Shown here in pieces: positions 1 to 9,209 of a stretch of 47,161 nt of DNA. The stretch's first letter is position 1. Every line of letters begins with the position of its first letter. Location: the sequence record SRR22947727_961; one strand, written 5' to 3'. Below the pieces are notes generated by a model. That model was not told where the DNA came from. It saw only the letters and a list, made by a program, of their open reading frames with translations, and did not search any database. A program made the position numbers and the translations under genes.

Positions 1-27
1 TTCGGGGTTCGAGTCCCCGGCGACCCA
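1..27 (+). tRNA. 3' portion of a tRNA (T arm + acceptor strand), probably tRNA-Lys; truncated by window start
   Basis: CGGGG-TTCGAGT-CCCCG T-arm followed by acceptor strand GCGACCC and discriminator A; CCA not encoded. Anticodon lies outside the window, so Lys is only inferred from the GGGTCGC-type acceptor stem. Confidence 0.8.
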
Positions 28-111
28 CAAAGACGCGACAACCAGCAAAATCATGGGGTTGGAGACGGCTTCTCTATGAAAGAATTAGTTGTTCGTTGGA
101 AAGGAATCCCT

Positions 112-996
112 GTGACAGATCTTCTGGACGGTGTTCGCGCTGGGAACATTCGTGCCGGTGATGGCGCCATGGGCACCATGCTTCAGTCGGCGGGGCTCGA
201 TGATGGTGGAGCGCCGGAACTGTGGAATGTTGATCGCCCGAAGGAGATCGAGCGGATCCTCGCGGGGTATGCGGATGCCGGCGCTCAATTGCTCACGACA
301 AATACTTTCGGAGGTAGTCGGCCTCGGCTCCTCATGCACGGCCTCGAAGACCGCGTCTACGAATTGAATAAGGCGGCTGCGCAGATCGCGCGCAGCGTCG
401 CCGATTCTCACGAGGGTGTTTTCGTCCTGGGGGATGTGGGGCCATCGGGCGAATTGCTGGAACCCATGGGAACGCTAACCGCGGAAGCGGTCCAAGAGTT
501 GTTCGCCGAGCAGATCGAGGGACTCATCGACGGTGGTGTGGACGGCATCATTATCGAAACGATGAGCGATCTGACGGAAGTGCGGGCCGCGGTCGACGCC
601 AGTCGTCAGGTGGCTCCGGAGATTCCGGTTTTCGCGACATTGAGTTTCGATACCAACTTGCACACGATGATGGGTGTGTCACCGGAGCAGGCCGTTGTCG
701 AACTGTCGGCGATGGGTGCGGATGTGGTGGGTGCGAACTGCGGCCGCGGTTTCGAAGAGTTGGAGTCGATTGCCCGAAAGATGGTCGAAGCGCGCCCAGA
801 CGGCTCGTTGCTCCTGATGCAATCGAACGCGGGCTTGCCAGAGCTTGTCGGTGCGGACTTCGTCTACAACGGAACACCAGATGGGATGGGTGACCTGGCT
901 CGACTGTTGAAGGATCTGGGAGTGGACGTTGTCGGGTCTTGTTGTGGTTCGACTCCAGAGCACGCGGCGGTGATCCGCGGCGTGATGGTGCCGTAG
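112..996 (+). CDS. Stand-alone homocysteine S-methyltransferase family protein (MetH N-terminal, Hcy/Zn-binding domain)
   Basis: Motifs DGAMGTML, TNTFGGS, IIIETM, GANCG, SNAGLP, GSCCG (three Zn-binding Cys). GTG at 112 chosen for upstream AAGGA. Confidence 0.9.
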   Translation: MTDLLDGVRAGNIRAGDGAMGTMLQSAGLDDGGAPELWNVDRPKEIERILAGYADAGAQLLTTNTFGGSRPRLLMHGLEDRVYELNKAAAQIARSVADSHEGVFVLGDVGPSGELLEPMGTLTAEAVQELFAEQIEGLIDGGVDGIIIETMSDLTEVRAAVDASRQVAPEIPVFATLSFDTNLHTMMGVSPEQAVVELSAMGADVVGANCGRGFEELESIARKMVEARPDGSLLLMQSNAGLPELVGADFVYNGTPDGMGDLARLLKDLGVDVVGSCCGSTPEHAAVIRGVMVP

Positions 997-1004
997 TCGC
1001 GCGG

Positions 1005-1796
1005 CTACCTCGGTGGGTAGGTGTCGCGAACGATCAAGATCGAGCACTGAACGTGATGAGCCAGGTAGTCGGCCACGGAACCCAGTCTGAGTCGCTTGCT
1101 TCCCGTCAAGCCTTTCGTTCCCACGACGACGAGGTCACATCGATGGTCGGCGAGAAAACTGTCCATCTCATGTCGAACGTTCACCGTCAACGCGTTCTCA
1201 TCGTGCGGTACGACCCGGCGATCGACTGCCAGCGCATGGGACTCCATCAGTGCTGCAGCGCTCTCGACGGCCGCAGGCGCCCGCCCGTCACCCTCGTCCA
1301 CACCCAACAAGGTGATGCGGGTAGCCCCAACCCACGGTAGGGCGGCGACGATCCTCATGGCCTGCTCGGAGTATCCCGATCCATCGACTGCAATGGTGAT
1401 GTGTTCGACAGTGTGGTTGCCGTGAGCGACCAGCAACGGAGCCGATGGATTGTCCAGGAGCGCTTCGGCGACGCTGCCGACGTGCAGCCGTTTGAGTAGC
1501 CCGGAGCCGCGTGGCCCGATGACTAGCAAGTCTGCCGGGGTAGTGGACAGGACCTCTCGCGGATCACCGTCGGCGACCGTATGGGTCAGCGATGTCACCT
1601 CCGCCGCGGCGGGAAGCTTTCTCGGTGATGCGGGAGACCACGGCTGCGGTGGCTGGGGATCGCGGTGGTCGATTCCCTGACGCTGAACGGTGAGTACGCG
1701 CACCTGCCATCCAGGCCACGACTGCGCGCTAATCCACTCCCATGCGTGGGTGGAGCCATCGGAGCTGTCGTCGGCGAACAAAAGAAGTCGATCCAT
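1005..1796 (-). CDS. Tandem universal stress protein
   Basis: Two USP repeats: ADDSS...DLLVIGPRGSG..LHVGSVAE and AVDGS...DLVVVGTKG...LRLGSVAD; ATG at 1796 with GGAG upstream. Confidence 0.88.
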   Translation of the reverse strand: MDRLLLFADDSSDGSTHAWEWISAQSWPGWQVRVLTVQRQGIDHRDPQPPQPWSPASPRKLPAAAEVTSLTHTVADGDPREVLSTTPADLLVIGPRGSGLLKRLHVGSVAEALLDNPSAPLLVAHGNHTVEHITIAVDGSGYSEQAMRIVAALPWVGATRITLLGVDEGDGRAPAAVESAAALMESHALAVDRRVVPHDENALTVNVRHEMDSFLADHRCDLVVVGTKGLTGSKRLRLGSVADYLAHHVQCSILIVRDTYPPR

Positions 1797-1868
1797 GTCT
1801 CCACTAGAACACGGAAGCGCACCATTTCCAAGTCTGGGTGCCAAGACTCACGACACCTGAGCCATGTC

Positions 1869-3023
1869 TTACAGGTTTGGGTTGATGACCACCTTCAAGC
1901 TCTCCGTATCCATCGACATGCGCATGGCCTCGTCTGCATCTGCGAGCGCGTACTCGTGACTGACAAAGTCGTCGAAGGGGTATCGATCGGCGTATCGCTC
2001 GAGTAGATCCATGGCGGGGCCGTAGCCCGTGGAGGGATGGTTGGTGAGACCGATGAGTCGAATGTTCTTGCTGCAGATGTGCCGGTGAATGTTCATGTTG
2101 ATATCCCCGGTATCAGCGAAATTTCCCATCTCCAGCATCATGCCGCCGCGCTTGAGCATCTCGATGCCCTCGATAAAGGAGGCCGGGGTATTTGCCATAT
2201 GCAGAACAACGTCTGCACCTCGCCCACGAGTCATCTCCATGACCTGGTGGATGCGTTCCTCGGCGGATGATTGCGAGGCATTCAGTGTCGCGTTTGCGCC
2301 GCACCGTTTGGCGAAGGACAACCGGTGCTCGCTGAGGTCGGTGGCGATAATCCGACCTGCCCCCATCATGTCTGCCTTGACGATGTGCAGAAGTCCGAGC
2401 GGCCCGGAACCGATCACGACCACGGTGTCTCCGGAGTTGAAACCCTCGATCGCGTAGGACGAGAATTCCTTTAGTTTGTCGAGCGACGCCGTGCAGGCCA
2501 TGAGTTCCGCGAGAACAGCGACGCGTGGACTCAGGCCCGAAGGAACTTTGTAGACGAACGTGTCAGGACGGATGTACATCTGTTCGGCCCAGCCACCCAT
2601 CAGATGCGGTGGATCGGCGGACGAATAGGAGTTTCCGTAGCAATCGCTGTTTTCGCACCACACGTATCCCATGACGTGTTTGCATTCGTAGCACTGACCA
2701 CAGACCACGTCCGGGCACATGGTTATGCGATCACCGACCTTGAGTTTGCGGCCATAGAACTCGAGAGACTCAGCGGCCTTCGGAGTGATCTCCGAAACCA
2801 CGCCAACGTTCTCGTGGCCCTGGATAATTGGGAATGGAGTGTCAGTCTCGGCGGCTGTGCCGGCGTATTGCTTCACCTCACCGAGGTAGGTGTGTTTGTC
2901 GGTGCCGCAGATGCCAGACATCTCGATCTGCATGAGCAGCGCGCCGTCTTGCAGCTGTGGATAGGCGAATTCTTGAACTTCGTACTTGCCCGGTGCCGTT
3001 AGGACTGCGGCGCGAACGTCCAT
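1869..3023 (-). CDS. Zinc-dependent medium-chain alcohol dehydrogenase
   Basis: GICGTD, GHE, structural Zn motif CGQCYEC...C, Rossmann GSGPLG; SD AGGAGG. Confidence 0.9.
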   Translation of the reverse strand: MDVRAAVLTAPGKYEVQEFAYPQLQDGALLMQIEMSGICGTDKHTYLGEVKQYAGTAAETDTPFPIIQGHENVGVVSEITPKAAESLEFYGRKLKVGDRITMCPDVVCGQCYECKHVMGYVWCENSDCYGNSYSSADPPHLMGGWAEQMYIRPDTFVYKVPSGLSPRVAVLAELMACTASLDKLKEFSSYAIEGFNSGDTVVVIGSGPLGLLHIVKADMMGAGRIIATDLSEHRLSFAKRCGANATLNASQSSAEERIHQVMEMTRGRGADVVLHMANTPASFIEGIEMLKRGGMMLEMGNFADTGDINMNIHRHICSKNIRLIGLTNHPSTGYGPAMDLLERYADRYPFDDFVSHEYALADADEAMRMSMDTESLKVVINPNL

Positions 3024-3063
3024 GACGACCTCCTGGGTTTGGCCCTGCAGTTAGAACCATAGA

Positions 3064-3095
3064 TGGCGGGCCCCATGGAACCATGGGACCCGCCA
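3064..3095. terminator. Strong stem-loop, likely terminator of the upstream minus-strand genes
   Basis: TGGCGGG-C-CCCATGG AA CCATGGG-A-CCCGCCA inverted repeat just past the stop at 3109. Confidence 0.6.
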
Positions 3096-3108
3096 AAAGT
3101 GATGGCAA

Positions 3109-3903
3109 TTAAGACGTCAAGTCGAAGCTGTATTGCCGAATGAGCGGCTTCACGTTCTTTCCGCCGCTAGACGTAATGGTGACGGTGCACGTACCTTCAT
3201 TCGAAAGTGCGGTTATCGACGAGTCATCGACCGAGCAGGTCGTACTGCTGACGGTTGGGGTAAGTCCTGACCCGAGACTGACCTTGAATGGTGTATCGAC
3301 GCCCTCGACTAGGGCTGGAGCAGAGCCCTTGGTCACTCGCTTGCCATCCACCATGACCTTGATGGTGTCGTCGCGACGGTCCTTCGTCAACGCGCTGAAT
3401 TGCGTGGGGAATACCCGCAAGTAAGCCGGGTTGCTTGACTCGCGGCCAGCTCCCAATATGTAGACGGCGCAGCTGGTGGAGCGTGGATTACCAGTGTCAA
3501 CCCGGCAGTCCACAAGTTCAGGTGTATCGGGTGTGCCCTGCGGATTCGGGTTTACCCCGTAAAACTCTGCGTTTATTTTTAAGGGGAATTGGGCAGAACC
3601 ACCTCGAACAGAGCCGGCTGGAAGATAAACCAGGGTTCCCGTGCCTCCATCACACTGCGTTGGCGCGGAGCGCGGGTTATCTGGCACCGCGCAGTGCAGC
3701 ACGTACATCCCTACAGTCTCCGGGAGGCCGGAGACGGCAACATCCAAATTGACACTCGATGGCAGCGCTGCAAGAACGGTGTTGGCTGGTTGTTCAGCAA
3801 TAGTGACATCGAATCCCCCAGGGGCAGCCTGCGAAGTTGTCGCGACGGACCCCACGAGAGCACCTGCAGCTAGCAGCGTCAAGCCAATGCGAAGTGAGAA
3901 CAT
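3109..3903 (-). CDS. Secreted protein with Cys-paired (neocarzinostatin-like) domain and C-terminal Ig-like domain
   Basis: Signal peptide ending SQA-A; GMYVLHC..C and VDC...SCAVY pattern; GGAGG SD before ATG at 3903. Confidence 0.65.
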   Translation of the reverse strand: MFSLRIGLTLLAAGALVGSVATTSQAAPGGFDVTIAEQPANTVLAALPSSVNLDVAVSGLPETVGMYVLHCAVPDNPRSAPTQCDGGTGTLVYLPAGSVRGGSAQFPLKINAEFYGVNPNPQGTPDTPELVDCRVDTGNPRSTSCAVYILGAGRESSNPAYLRVFPTQFSALTKDRRDDTIKVMVDGKRVTKGSAPALVEGVDTPFKVSLGSGLTPTVSSTTCSVDDSSITALSNEGTCTVTITSSGGKNVKPLIRQYSFDLTS

Positions 3904-3945
3904 TCTTCCCTCCATAGTAAGTGCCCGGTGCCGCCGAGCAACGGC

Positions 3946-4461
3946 CTAGCGAAAATCGACAGGGATGATGACGTCGTGTGATCGGTCTCGAGAGCGGGTA
4001 TGGTCCGCGCGAACCGCGATGGCGCATTGAACGCGGCGGCAGTCCACGTCGCCGATCCTCGACGAGAGATACAAAGTCACTTTGAATCGACCTTTCTTCT
4101 TGAAAGGGGTAGCAAGGTTTCGGGCGTACGGAGGTGGATTAGACGACACCCAGGCCGACGATTGTGAAGAGGCATCCGAGTCGATACCGCCGCCGCAGGG
4201 GCTCGGGGCTCCACCCTTGTTTGGCCTTACACATAGCGCGACGTAAACACCTACGCGTGGATTGAATTGGCGACCGCGCACCACGATGTCCTGCCCCGAA
4301 GGATCCAGTTTTTCGGTTTCAGAGACGATGACACGCTGTCCGTAGTCTCCTTTGGCCACAGCACGTGAAGAATCAGCGGCCGCGCTTGGGAGGGCTAGCA
4401 GCGATGAAGACAGGCCGATGACGGTGGCGAACGTAAGGCGAAAAACTGTCTTCAAGTGCAC
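3946..4461 (-). CDS. Secreted Cys-paired (neocarzinostatin-like) protein
   Basis: Signal peptide ending AAA-D; GVYVALC..PSPCGGG, WVSSNPPPY, DCRRVQCAIAVRADH. Confidence 0.65.
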   Translation of the reverse strand: MHLKTVFRLTFATVIGLSSSLLALPSAAADSSRAVAKGDYGQRVIVSETEKLDPSGQDIVVRGRQFNPRVGVYVALCVRPNKGGAPSPCGGGIDSDASSQSSAWVSSNPPPYARNLATPFKKKGRFKVTLYLSSRIGDVDCRRVQCAIAVRADHTRSRDRSHDVIIPVDFR

Positions 4462-4603
4462 GTCCTAGATGCGGAGGTAAATAGACCTTGTTAAAAGCGT
4501 ACGTGCAGTTTTTCGATCTTGCATTTCCAAGACCAGACTCATTGCACGAGAATCCTGAATTTCCAGACGCGAGACATTAGCCACAGTGCGACATACTTTG
4601 TGC

Positions 4604-5605
4604 GTGAGAATTTGGTTTTCCTGTATCGGTTTGGCAGCCACGATCGCGACGGTCAGTGCGTGCGAATTGTCCAGCATGAACTCGCCGAGGTCTGAGCCGA
4701 CTGCCACGTCTTCAGCAAGCCCCAGTTCTGGACCCTCTCGGCTGCCACTGAATTCCGGGGAGAGAACTTCCTGGCCGGTAACGATTGGGGTGCAGCAGTT
4801 GGCGCCGATTGACTTCGTAAGCGATCCAATTAATGGTGACCAAAGGATTCTTGCGTTGGCTGCTGGGTCCGCGGAGCTTGTAGACATGCTCGGGGCTGGG
4901 GGACAACTCGTGGGGCAAGATGAGACGAGTGAGCGCCGCACCGGGGTCCCGGTAGTGACGCTGGGCCATCAGATTGACATAGAAAAGGCTCTTGAGGTCG
5001 ATCCAACGCTTGTTCTCGTGGATGAATTGATTGGGCCGCCGGAGGCAATCGATGCACTGAAGCAATCTGGCGCTGACGTCGTCTCGGTGCCTCCGGTGTG
5101 GAACCTCGCCGACGTTCCACAGCGCGTGGCAGCGCTCGCCGACTCGGTGGGTGCTTCGGATGCCGTTGCCGCACAGTTGGGCTCGGCACTTGCTGTTTCC
5201 GATCCCGCACCTGCAAGCACGTCTCCAAGGGTCGCCTTTTTGTATCTGCGGGGCCCAAGTGCCGTCTATCTACTCGGTGGGTCGGATACGGGGGCCGATG
5301 CGCTTATCAAGGCTGCGGGAGGCATTGACGTGGGTAGTGACATTGGATTGAAGGGTTTTGTCCCCCTCACCGCTGAGGCCTTGATCGAAGCGGACCCAGA
5401 CATCGTCTTGGTCATGACCGAAGGTTTAGCCTCGGTTGGTGGCGTGGACGGGCTCGTCAAGTTGCCGGGCGTCGCCCAAACGGATGCTGGAGCGCAGGGG
5501 CGTGTGATTGCCGTCGATGATCGGGTGCTGCTTTCTTTCGGAGCCCGCACGCCATCTTTAGTCGCTTCGCTCCGTGAGATCTTCGGTTCCGTTGAGAGAG
5601 AGTGA
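4604..5605 (+). CDS. hmuT: Heme ABC transporter substrate-binding lipoprotein
   Basis: Lipobox VSAC; GHQIDIE and FLYLRG match the His/Tyr heme-ligand segments of actinobacterial HmuT; CATACT-N6-GTG leaderless start. Confidence 0.8.
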   Translation: MRIWFSCIGLAATIATVSACELSSMNSPRSEPTATSSASPSSGPSRLPLNSGERTSWPVTIGVQQLAPIDFVSDPINGDQRILALAAGSAELVDMLGAGGQLVGQDETSERRTGVPVVTLGHQIDIEKALEVDPTLVLVDELIGPPEAIDALKQSGADVVSVPPVWNLADVPQRVAALADSVGASDAVAAQLGSALAVSDPAPASTSPRVAFLYLRGPSAVYLLGGSDTGADALIKAAGGIDVGSDIGLKGFVPLTAEALIEADPDIVLVMTEGLASVGGVDGLVKLPGVAQTDAGAQGRVIAVDDRVLLSFGARTPSLVASLREIFGSVERE

Positions 5606-6570
5606 ATGTGTCTTCAGGGGGTCGCTTCGCGCTCATCATGATGATCGGCGTCGTGGCAGTGGGCGTTGTTTTCGCCGCGTCTTTGGTGACAGGGTTTGCT
5701 GACATCAGCCCGCAGATCGTGTGGAGTATCCGGGCACCGCGGGTCGTACTCACCCTTGTCGTCGGGGCGGGTTTAGCTGTTGCCGGTGGACTGCTGCAGG
5801 GAGTTTTTGGGAACCCTCTGGCGGCCCCTTCAATCATTGGGGTTTCGGCTTCGGGTGCGGCTGGTGCGAGTATCGGAGCAGCGCTGGGCATTCCCTTCAA
5901 TTCGATACCGCTTGCGTTCATGGGGGTGATTATTGCCGGAGTTGGACTGATCGTTGTGCGTTCAATCGCTAGTCGTGATGGGAAGGTGAATTCAACAGCC
6001 CTGCTACTCGGCGGAGTGGCCATCAGCTTCTTCTCTCTGGCGCTGGTGTTGCTGGCTACTCCTTTCGTCAACAGGGAAGCTGGGCGGTCTTTCTCTTTTT
6101 GGGCTAACGGATCCTTCGCATTGGCGACTTGGTCCGGAGTCATTGCAGTTGCACCTTTGGTTGTCGTGGGTCTCGTCATCGCTTTTGGGATCGCCAGCCG
6201 AGTAGACCCGCTGTCTCTCGGCTCTATCGCTGCACGAGCCCTGGGGGTCGATGCCGACCGAGTGACGCAGTACGCGCTAGTCGCTGTGGTGCTGTTGGTT
6301 GCACCCGGTGTCACGGTCGTTGGCATTATCGCCTTCGTGGGACTCGTGGTTCCCCATGCCCTTCGGTTGTTTCTTGGACCGCGCAACACATTCCTGCTAC
6401 CAGCTTCAGCCGTCTTCGGTGCGCTGTTGGTGGCGAGTGCGGATTTCATTTCCCGCAACATGCTTGCCCCTGCAGAAATACCCGTGGGTGCAGTCACAGC
6501 ACTAGTTGGAGCACCTGTGTTCCTGGTGCTTTTGCGCCAGATGGTGCGTCGCGGGGTTATGAGCACCTGA
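5602..6570 (+). CDS. hmuU: FecCD-family ABC permease (heme)
   Basis: IRAPR, LQGVFGNPLA, GIIAFVGLVVPH, EIPVGAVTALVGAP; GTGA overlap with hmuT. Confidence 0.88.
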   Translation: MNVSSGGRFALIMMIGVVAVGVVFAASLVTGFADISPQIVWSIRAPRVVLTLVVGAGLAVAGGLLQGVFGNPLAAPSIIGVSASGAAGASIGAALGIPFNSIPLAFMGVIIAGVGLIVVRSIASRDGKVNSTALLLGGVAISFFSLALVLLATPFVNREAGRSFSFWANGSFALATWSGVIAVAPLVVVGLVIAFGIASRVDPLSLGSIAARALGVDADRVTQYALVAVVLLVAPGVTVVGIIAFVGLVVPHALRLFLGPRNTFLLPASAVFGALLVASADFISRNMLAPAEIPVGAVTALVGAPVFLVLLRQMVRRGVMST

Positions 6571-7220
6571 TGGCGTTGTTGGAACTGAAAGGGGTATCGC
6601 TACTCACAAGTGGTGTTGAGCGAGTCGCGTCAGTGACTGCATCGGTCGACGCGGGTCAGCTTGTAGCGATCGTCGGTCCCAATGGCTCAGGTAAGTCATC
6701 TCTGCTGGGTTTGATGGCTGGCCTGTTGACGCCCACGCGCGGATCCGTTCTGCTGGATGGTCGACTGGTGTCGAGTATGGGGCTGCGAGAACTTGCTACC
6801 CAGCGTGCGTGGCTGGGTCAATCAACGCCGGGCGCCGACAATTTCACTGTGGCAGAGGTTCTCAACTGGGGGAGGAGCTTCGCAGCCGGAGAAACCAGTG
6901 ATGCACAGAGCGCACTTGACGAGGTGGTGGAGGTGTTCGAGGTGCAGGATCTCATGACTGCACGGTTGCACCGGCTGTCCGGTGGCCAAAGGCAGCGAGT
7001 CCACCTTGCTCGCATCTGGCTACAGGGAGCACCGATCACGTTGTTGGATGAACCCGATTCGAGTCTTGATGAAACCGGTCGGTCTATGTTGCGCGGTGCC
7101 GTGCAGGAATGTGTGCGAGCGGGTCGGACAGTAGTTTTGGTGACGCACGATCGTGGCTGGGCAATGAGCGAAGCGGACCTCGTGTGGGAGGTTTTCGCGG
7201 GCCGAATCGTTGTCGGCTAG
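6570..7220 (+). CDS. hmuV: ABC ATP-binding protein (heme)
   Basis: Walker A GPNGSGKS, LSGGQRQR signature, LLDEP; TGATG coupling to permease. Confidence 0.85.
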   Translation: MALLELKGVSLLTSGVERVASVTASVDAGQLVAIVGPNGSGKSSLLGLMAGLLTPTRGSVLLDGRLVSSMGLRELATQRAWLGQSTPGADNFTVAEVLNWGRSFAAGETSDAQSALDEVVEVFEVQDLMTARLHRLSGGQRQRVHLARIWLQGAPITLLDEPDSSLDETGRSMLRGAVQECVRAGRTVVLVTHDRGWAMSEADLVWEVFAGRIVVG

Positions 7221-7229
7221 CGTTCAGGC

Positions 7230-7658
7230 ATGCTCAAAGGAATCGACCCGTTGCTCAGCGGCGACCTGTTGAAGATCTTGGACGATATGGGTCACGGCGA
7301 CCAACTTCTGCTCGTGGACCGCAATTACCCAGCCGCAGCGAGCGGGAAGTCGGTCATCCGCTTGGGAGAGGTCGGGGTCCTGCGTGCGGCTCGAGCGATC
7401 TTGAGTGTGTTGCCACTCGACTCGTTCATCGACCACTCGTTGGAGCGCATGGAGGTCGAGGACGATCCTGTGAAGACGACGTCCTTGCAGAACGACCTTC
7501 TGGCTCTTGCCAGTGAGAGCGAGGGGCGCAGCTTGGAGTACGGCGTCATTCCGCGCTTGGACTTCTATCAGCGGGCAGCTGCCGCCTGCGCGGTGGTGCA
7601 TACGTTGGAGGACCAGCCGTACGGCTGTTTCATTCTGCACAAGGGCGTTATCTTCTAG
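7230..7658 (+). CDS. RbsD/FucU family sugar mutarotase/pyranase
   Basis: MLKGIDPLL, MGHGDQLLLVDRNYP, RLDFY, YGCFILHKGV. Confidence 0.9.
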   Translation: MLKGIDPLLSGDLLKILDDMGHGDQLLLVDRNYPAAASGKSVIRLGEVGVLRAARAILSVLPLDSFIDHSLERMEVEDDPVKTTSLQNDLLALASESEGRSLEYGVIPRLDFYQRAAAACAVVHTLEDQPYGCFILHKGVIF

Positions 7659-7702
7659 CCAGTAGCGTGACCAAAGCCGACGATGAGGGAGATGGAGAAG
7701 AC

Positions 7703-7963
7703 ATGCCGGACGACGACATTGAGATCGGTGAAGACATCGAGGTAGAGGTTGTCCTCGACGAGAACGACAACGTGATCGGCACCGTTACCGACGATCTCGT
7801 CGTCGCCTCCGCCCCCGAAGGCTCACTCGTCGACGAGACGATCGACGTGCGAGATGCCGAGGGCAATCTCATCGTGGAAGATGAGACAGTCACGGTGTAC
7901 GACGCGGACTCACATGTGGTCGCGAAGAGCGAAACGATCACGCTGCCGCTCGACTCGGAGTAG
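7703..7963 (+). CDS. Small highly acidic hypothetical protein
   Basis: GGAG SD before ATG 7703 (alternative GTG 7667); GC-rich third positions; fills the gap between two real genes. Confidence 0.7.
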   Translation: MPDDDIEIGEDIEVEVVLDENDNVIGTVTDDLVVASAPEGSLVDETIDVRDAEGNLIVEDETVTVYDADSHVVAKSETITLPLDSE

Positions 7964-7967
7964 TCCC

Positions 7968-9170
7968 TTACCGGAAGCGAATATGTTCGGGTGAGAGATC
8001 CGCGAGCGTTCGAACGCCCAGGAGCGCCATCTGAGTCGTGACCTGTTCACGGAACAGCTCCACGACCTTTCGCACGCCCGATTGTCCTCCGGCCATCAGG
8101 CCGTAGAGGTGCGCGCGACCGACGAAGACACCGCGCGCTCCCAGTGCGACAGCCGCCAGCGCATCCGCGCCGTCGGTAATGCCACCGTCGAGGTACACCT
8201 CGCAGTCCTCGGGAACCGCTGCAACCACATCGGGGAGCACCTCCATCGGAACCGGCGCACGATCCAGTTGGCGTCCGCCGTGGTTGGACAAGACGATCGC
8301 GTCGACGCCGGCGGCCGACAATTCCTTGGATGTGGTGACGGACTGGACCCCCTTGACGACGAGTTTCCCGGGCCACCGGTCTCGAAGCCATGAGACGTCA
8401 TCGATCGTCAATGATGCATCGAAAACGCGGCTGAGCAGTTCCCCGACGGTGCCCTCCGAGTTCTTCAAGGACGCGAATTCCAACGGCTCATGCGTCAAGG
8501 CGTTCCACACCCACGAGGGATGCAGCGCCATGTCGAGGGCTGTGGACACGGTGAGTTTCGGAGGAACGGTCAGACCGTTGCGAATATCTCGACGACGAAT
8601 ACCACCGACGGGGGTGTCGATCGTGAGTTCGATCGTGCCGTAGCCGGCCGACTCGACCCTGTCGAGCAAGTCGTGGGTGATGGAACGGTCTTTGGATATG
8701 TACAACTGAAACCAATTGTTCCCCCCGGCAGCAACCCTTTGCAGGTCTTCCGGGCTGGTGGTGCCGAGTGTGGAGAGAACAAACGCGAGGTTGTTATCGC
8801 GTGCGACGGACGCGGTGGCTTCTTCCCCAGCGTGGTGCATCATGCGCGTGAATCCGGTGGGACCGAAACCGATCGGGAGATCCACCGGTGTACCCAGGAA
8901 CGTCGTCGAAGGGTCGACGTTCGAAACGTCGACCAGAGCATTGGGGCGGAATTCGACGGAACGGAAAAGTTGGCGCTGACGCAACAGAGCGAGTTCTTCG
9001 CCGGCGGAGCCGTCGGTGTAGTCGAACACCGCCCGTGGAGTGAACCTTTTCGCGATAGCGCGGATGTCGCTCAGGCTCGCCGCTCTCGCGAGTGCCCGTT
9101 CTCGCGAGTGCAGCTTAGGGGTTTCGAACTGCGCGAGTTCTCGGATTTCCGACCATCGGGGAATGCGCAC
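7968..9170 (-). CDS. FMN-dependent alpha-hydroxy-acid oxidase/dehydrogenase (LldD/glycolate oxidase family)
   Basis: FDYTDG, WFQLY, KLVVKG, SNHGGRQLD, LDGGI. Confidence 0.92.
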   Translation of the reverse strand: MRIPRWSEIRELAQFETPKLHSRERALARAASLSDIRAIAKRFTPRAVFDYTDGSAGEELALLRQRQLFRSVEFRPNALVDVSNVDPSTTFLGTPVDLPIGFGPTGFTRMMHHAGEEATASVARDNNLAFVLSTLGTTSPEDLQRVAAGGNNWFQLYISKDRSITHDLLDRVESAGYGTIELTIDTPVGGIRRRDIRNGLTVPPKLTVSTALDMALHPSWVWNALTHEPLEFASLKNSEGTVGELLSRVFDASLTIDDVSWLRDRWPGKLVVKGVQSVTTSKELSAAGVDAIVLSNHGGRQLDRAPVPMEVLPDVVAAVPEDCEVYLDGGITDGADALAAVALGARGVFVGRAHLYGLMAGGQSGVRKVVELFREQVTTQMALLGVRTLADLSPEHIRFR

Positions 9171-9209
9171 AGCCCTCAGGATAGCGGCTGACGGTTCACT
9201 GCCCGAGCG

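Noticed and set aside
4472-4550. DtxR/IdeR, Zur or Nur box upstream of hmuT (AGGT-N6-ACCT; TCTTG-N6-CAAGA)
   Set aside because: Spacing is one base short of the DtxR consensus and the flanks do not match; too weak to call.
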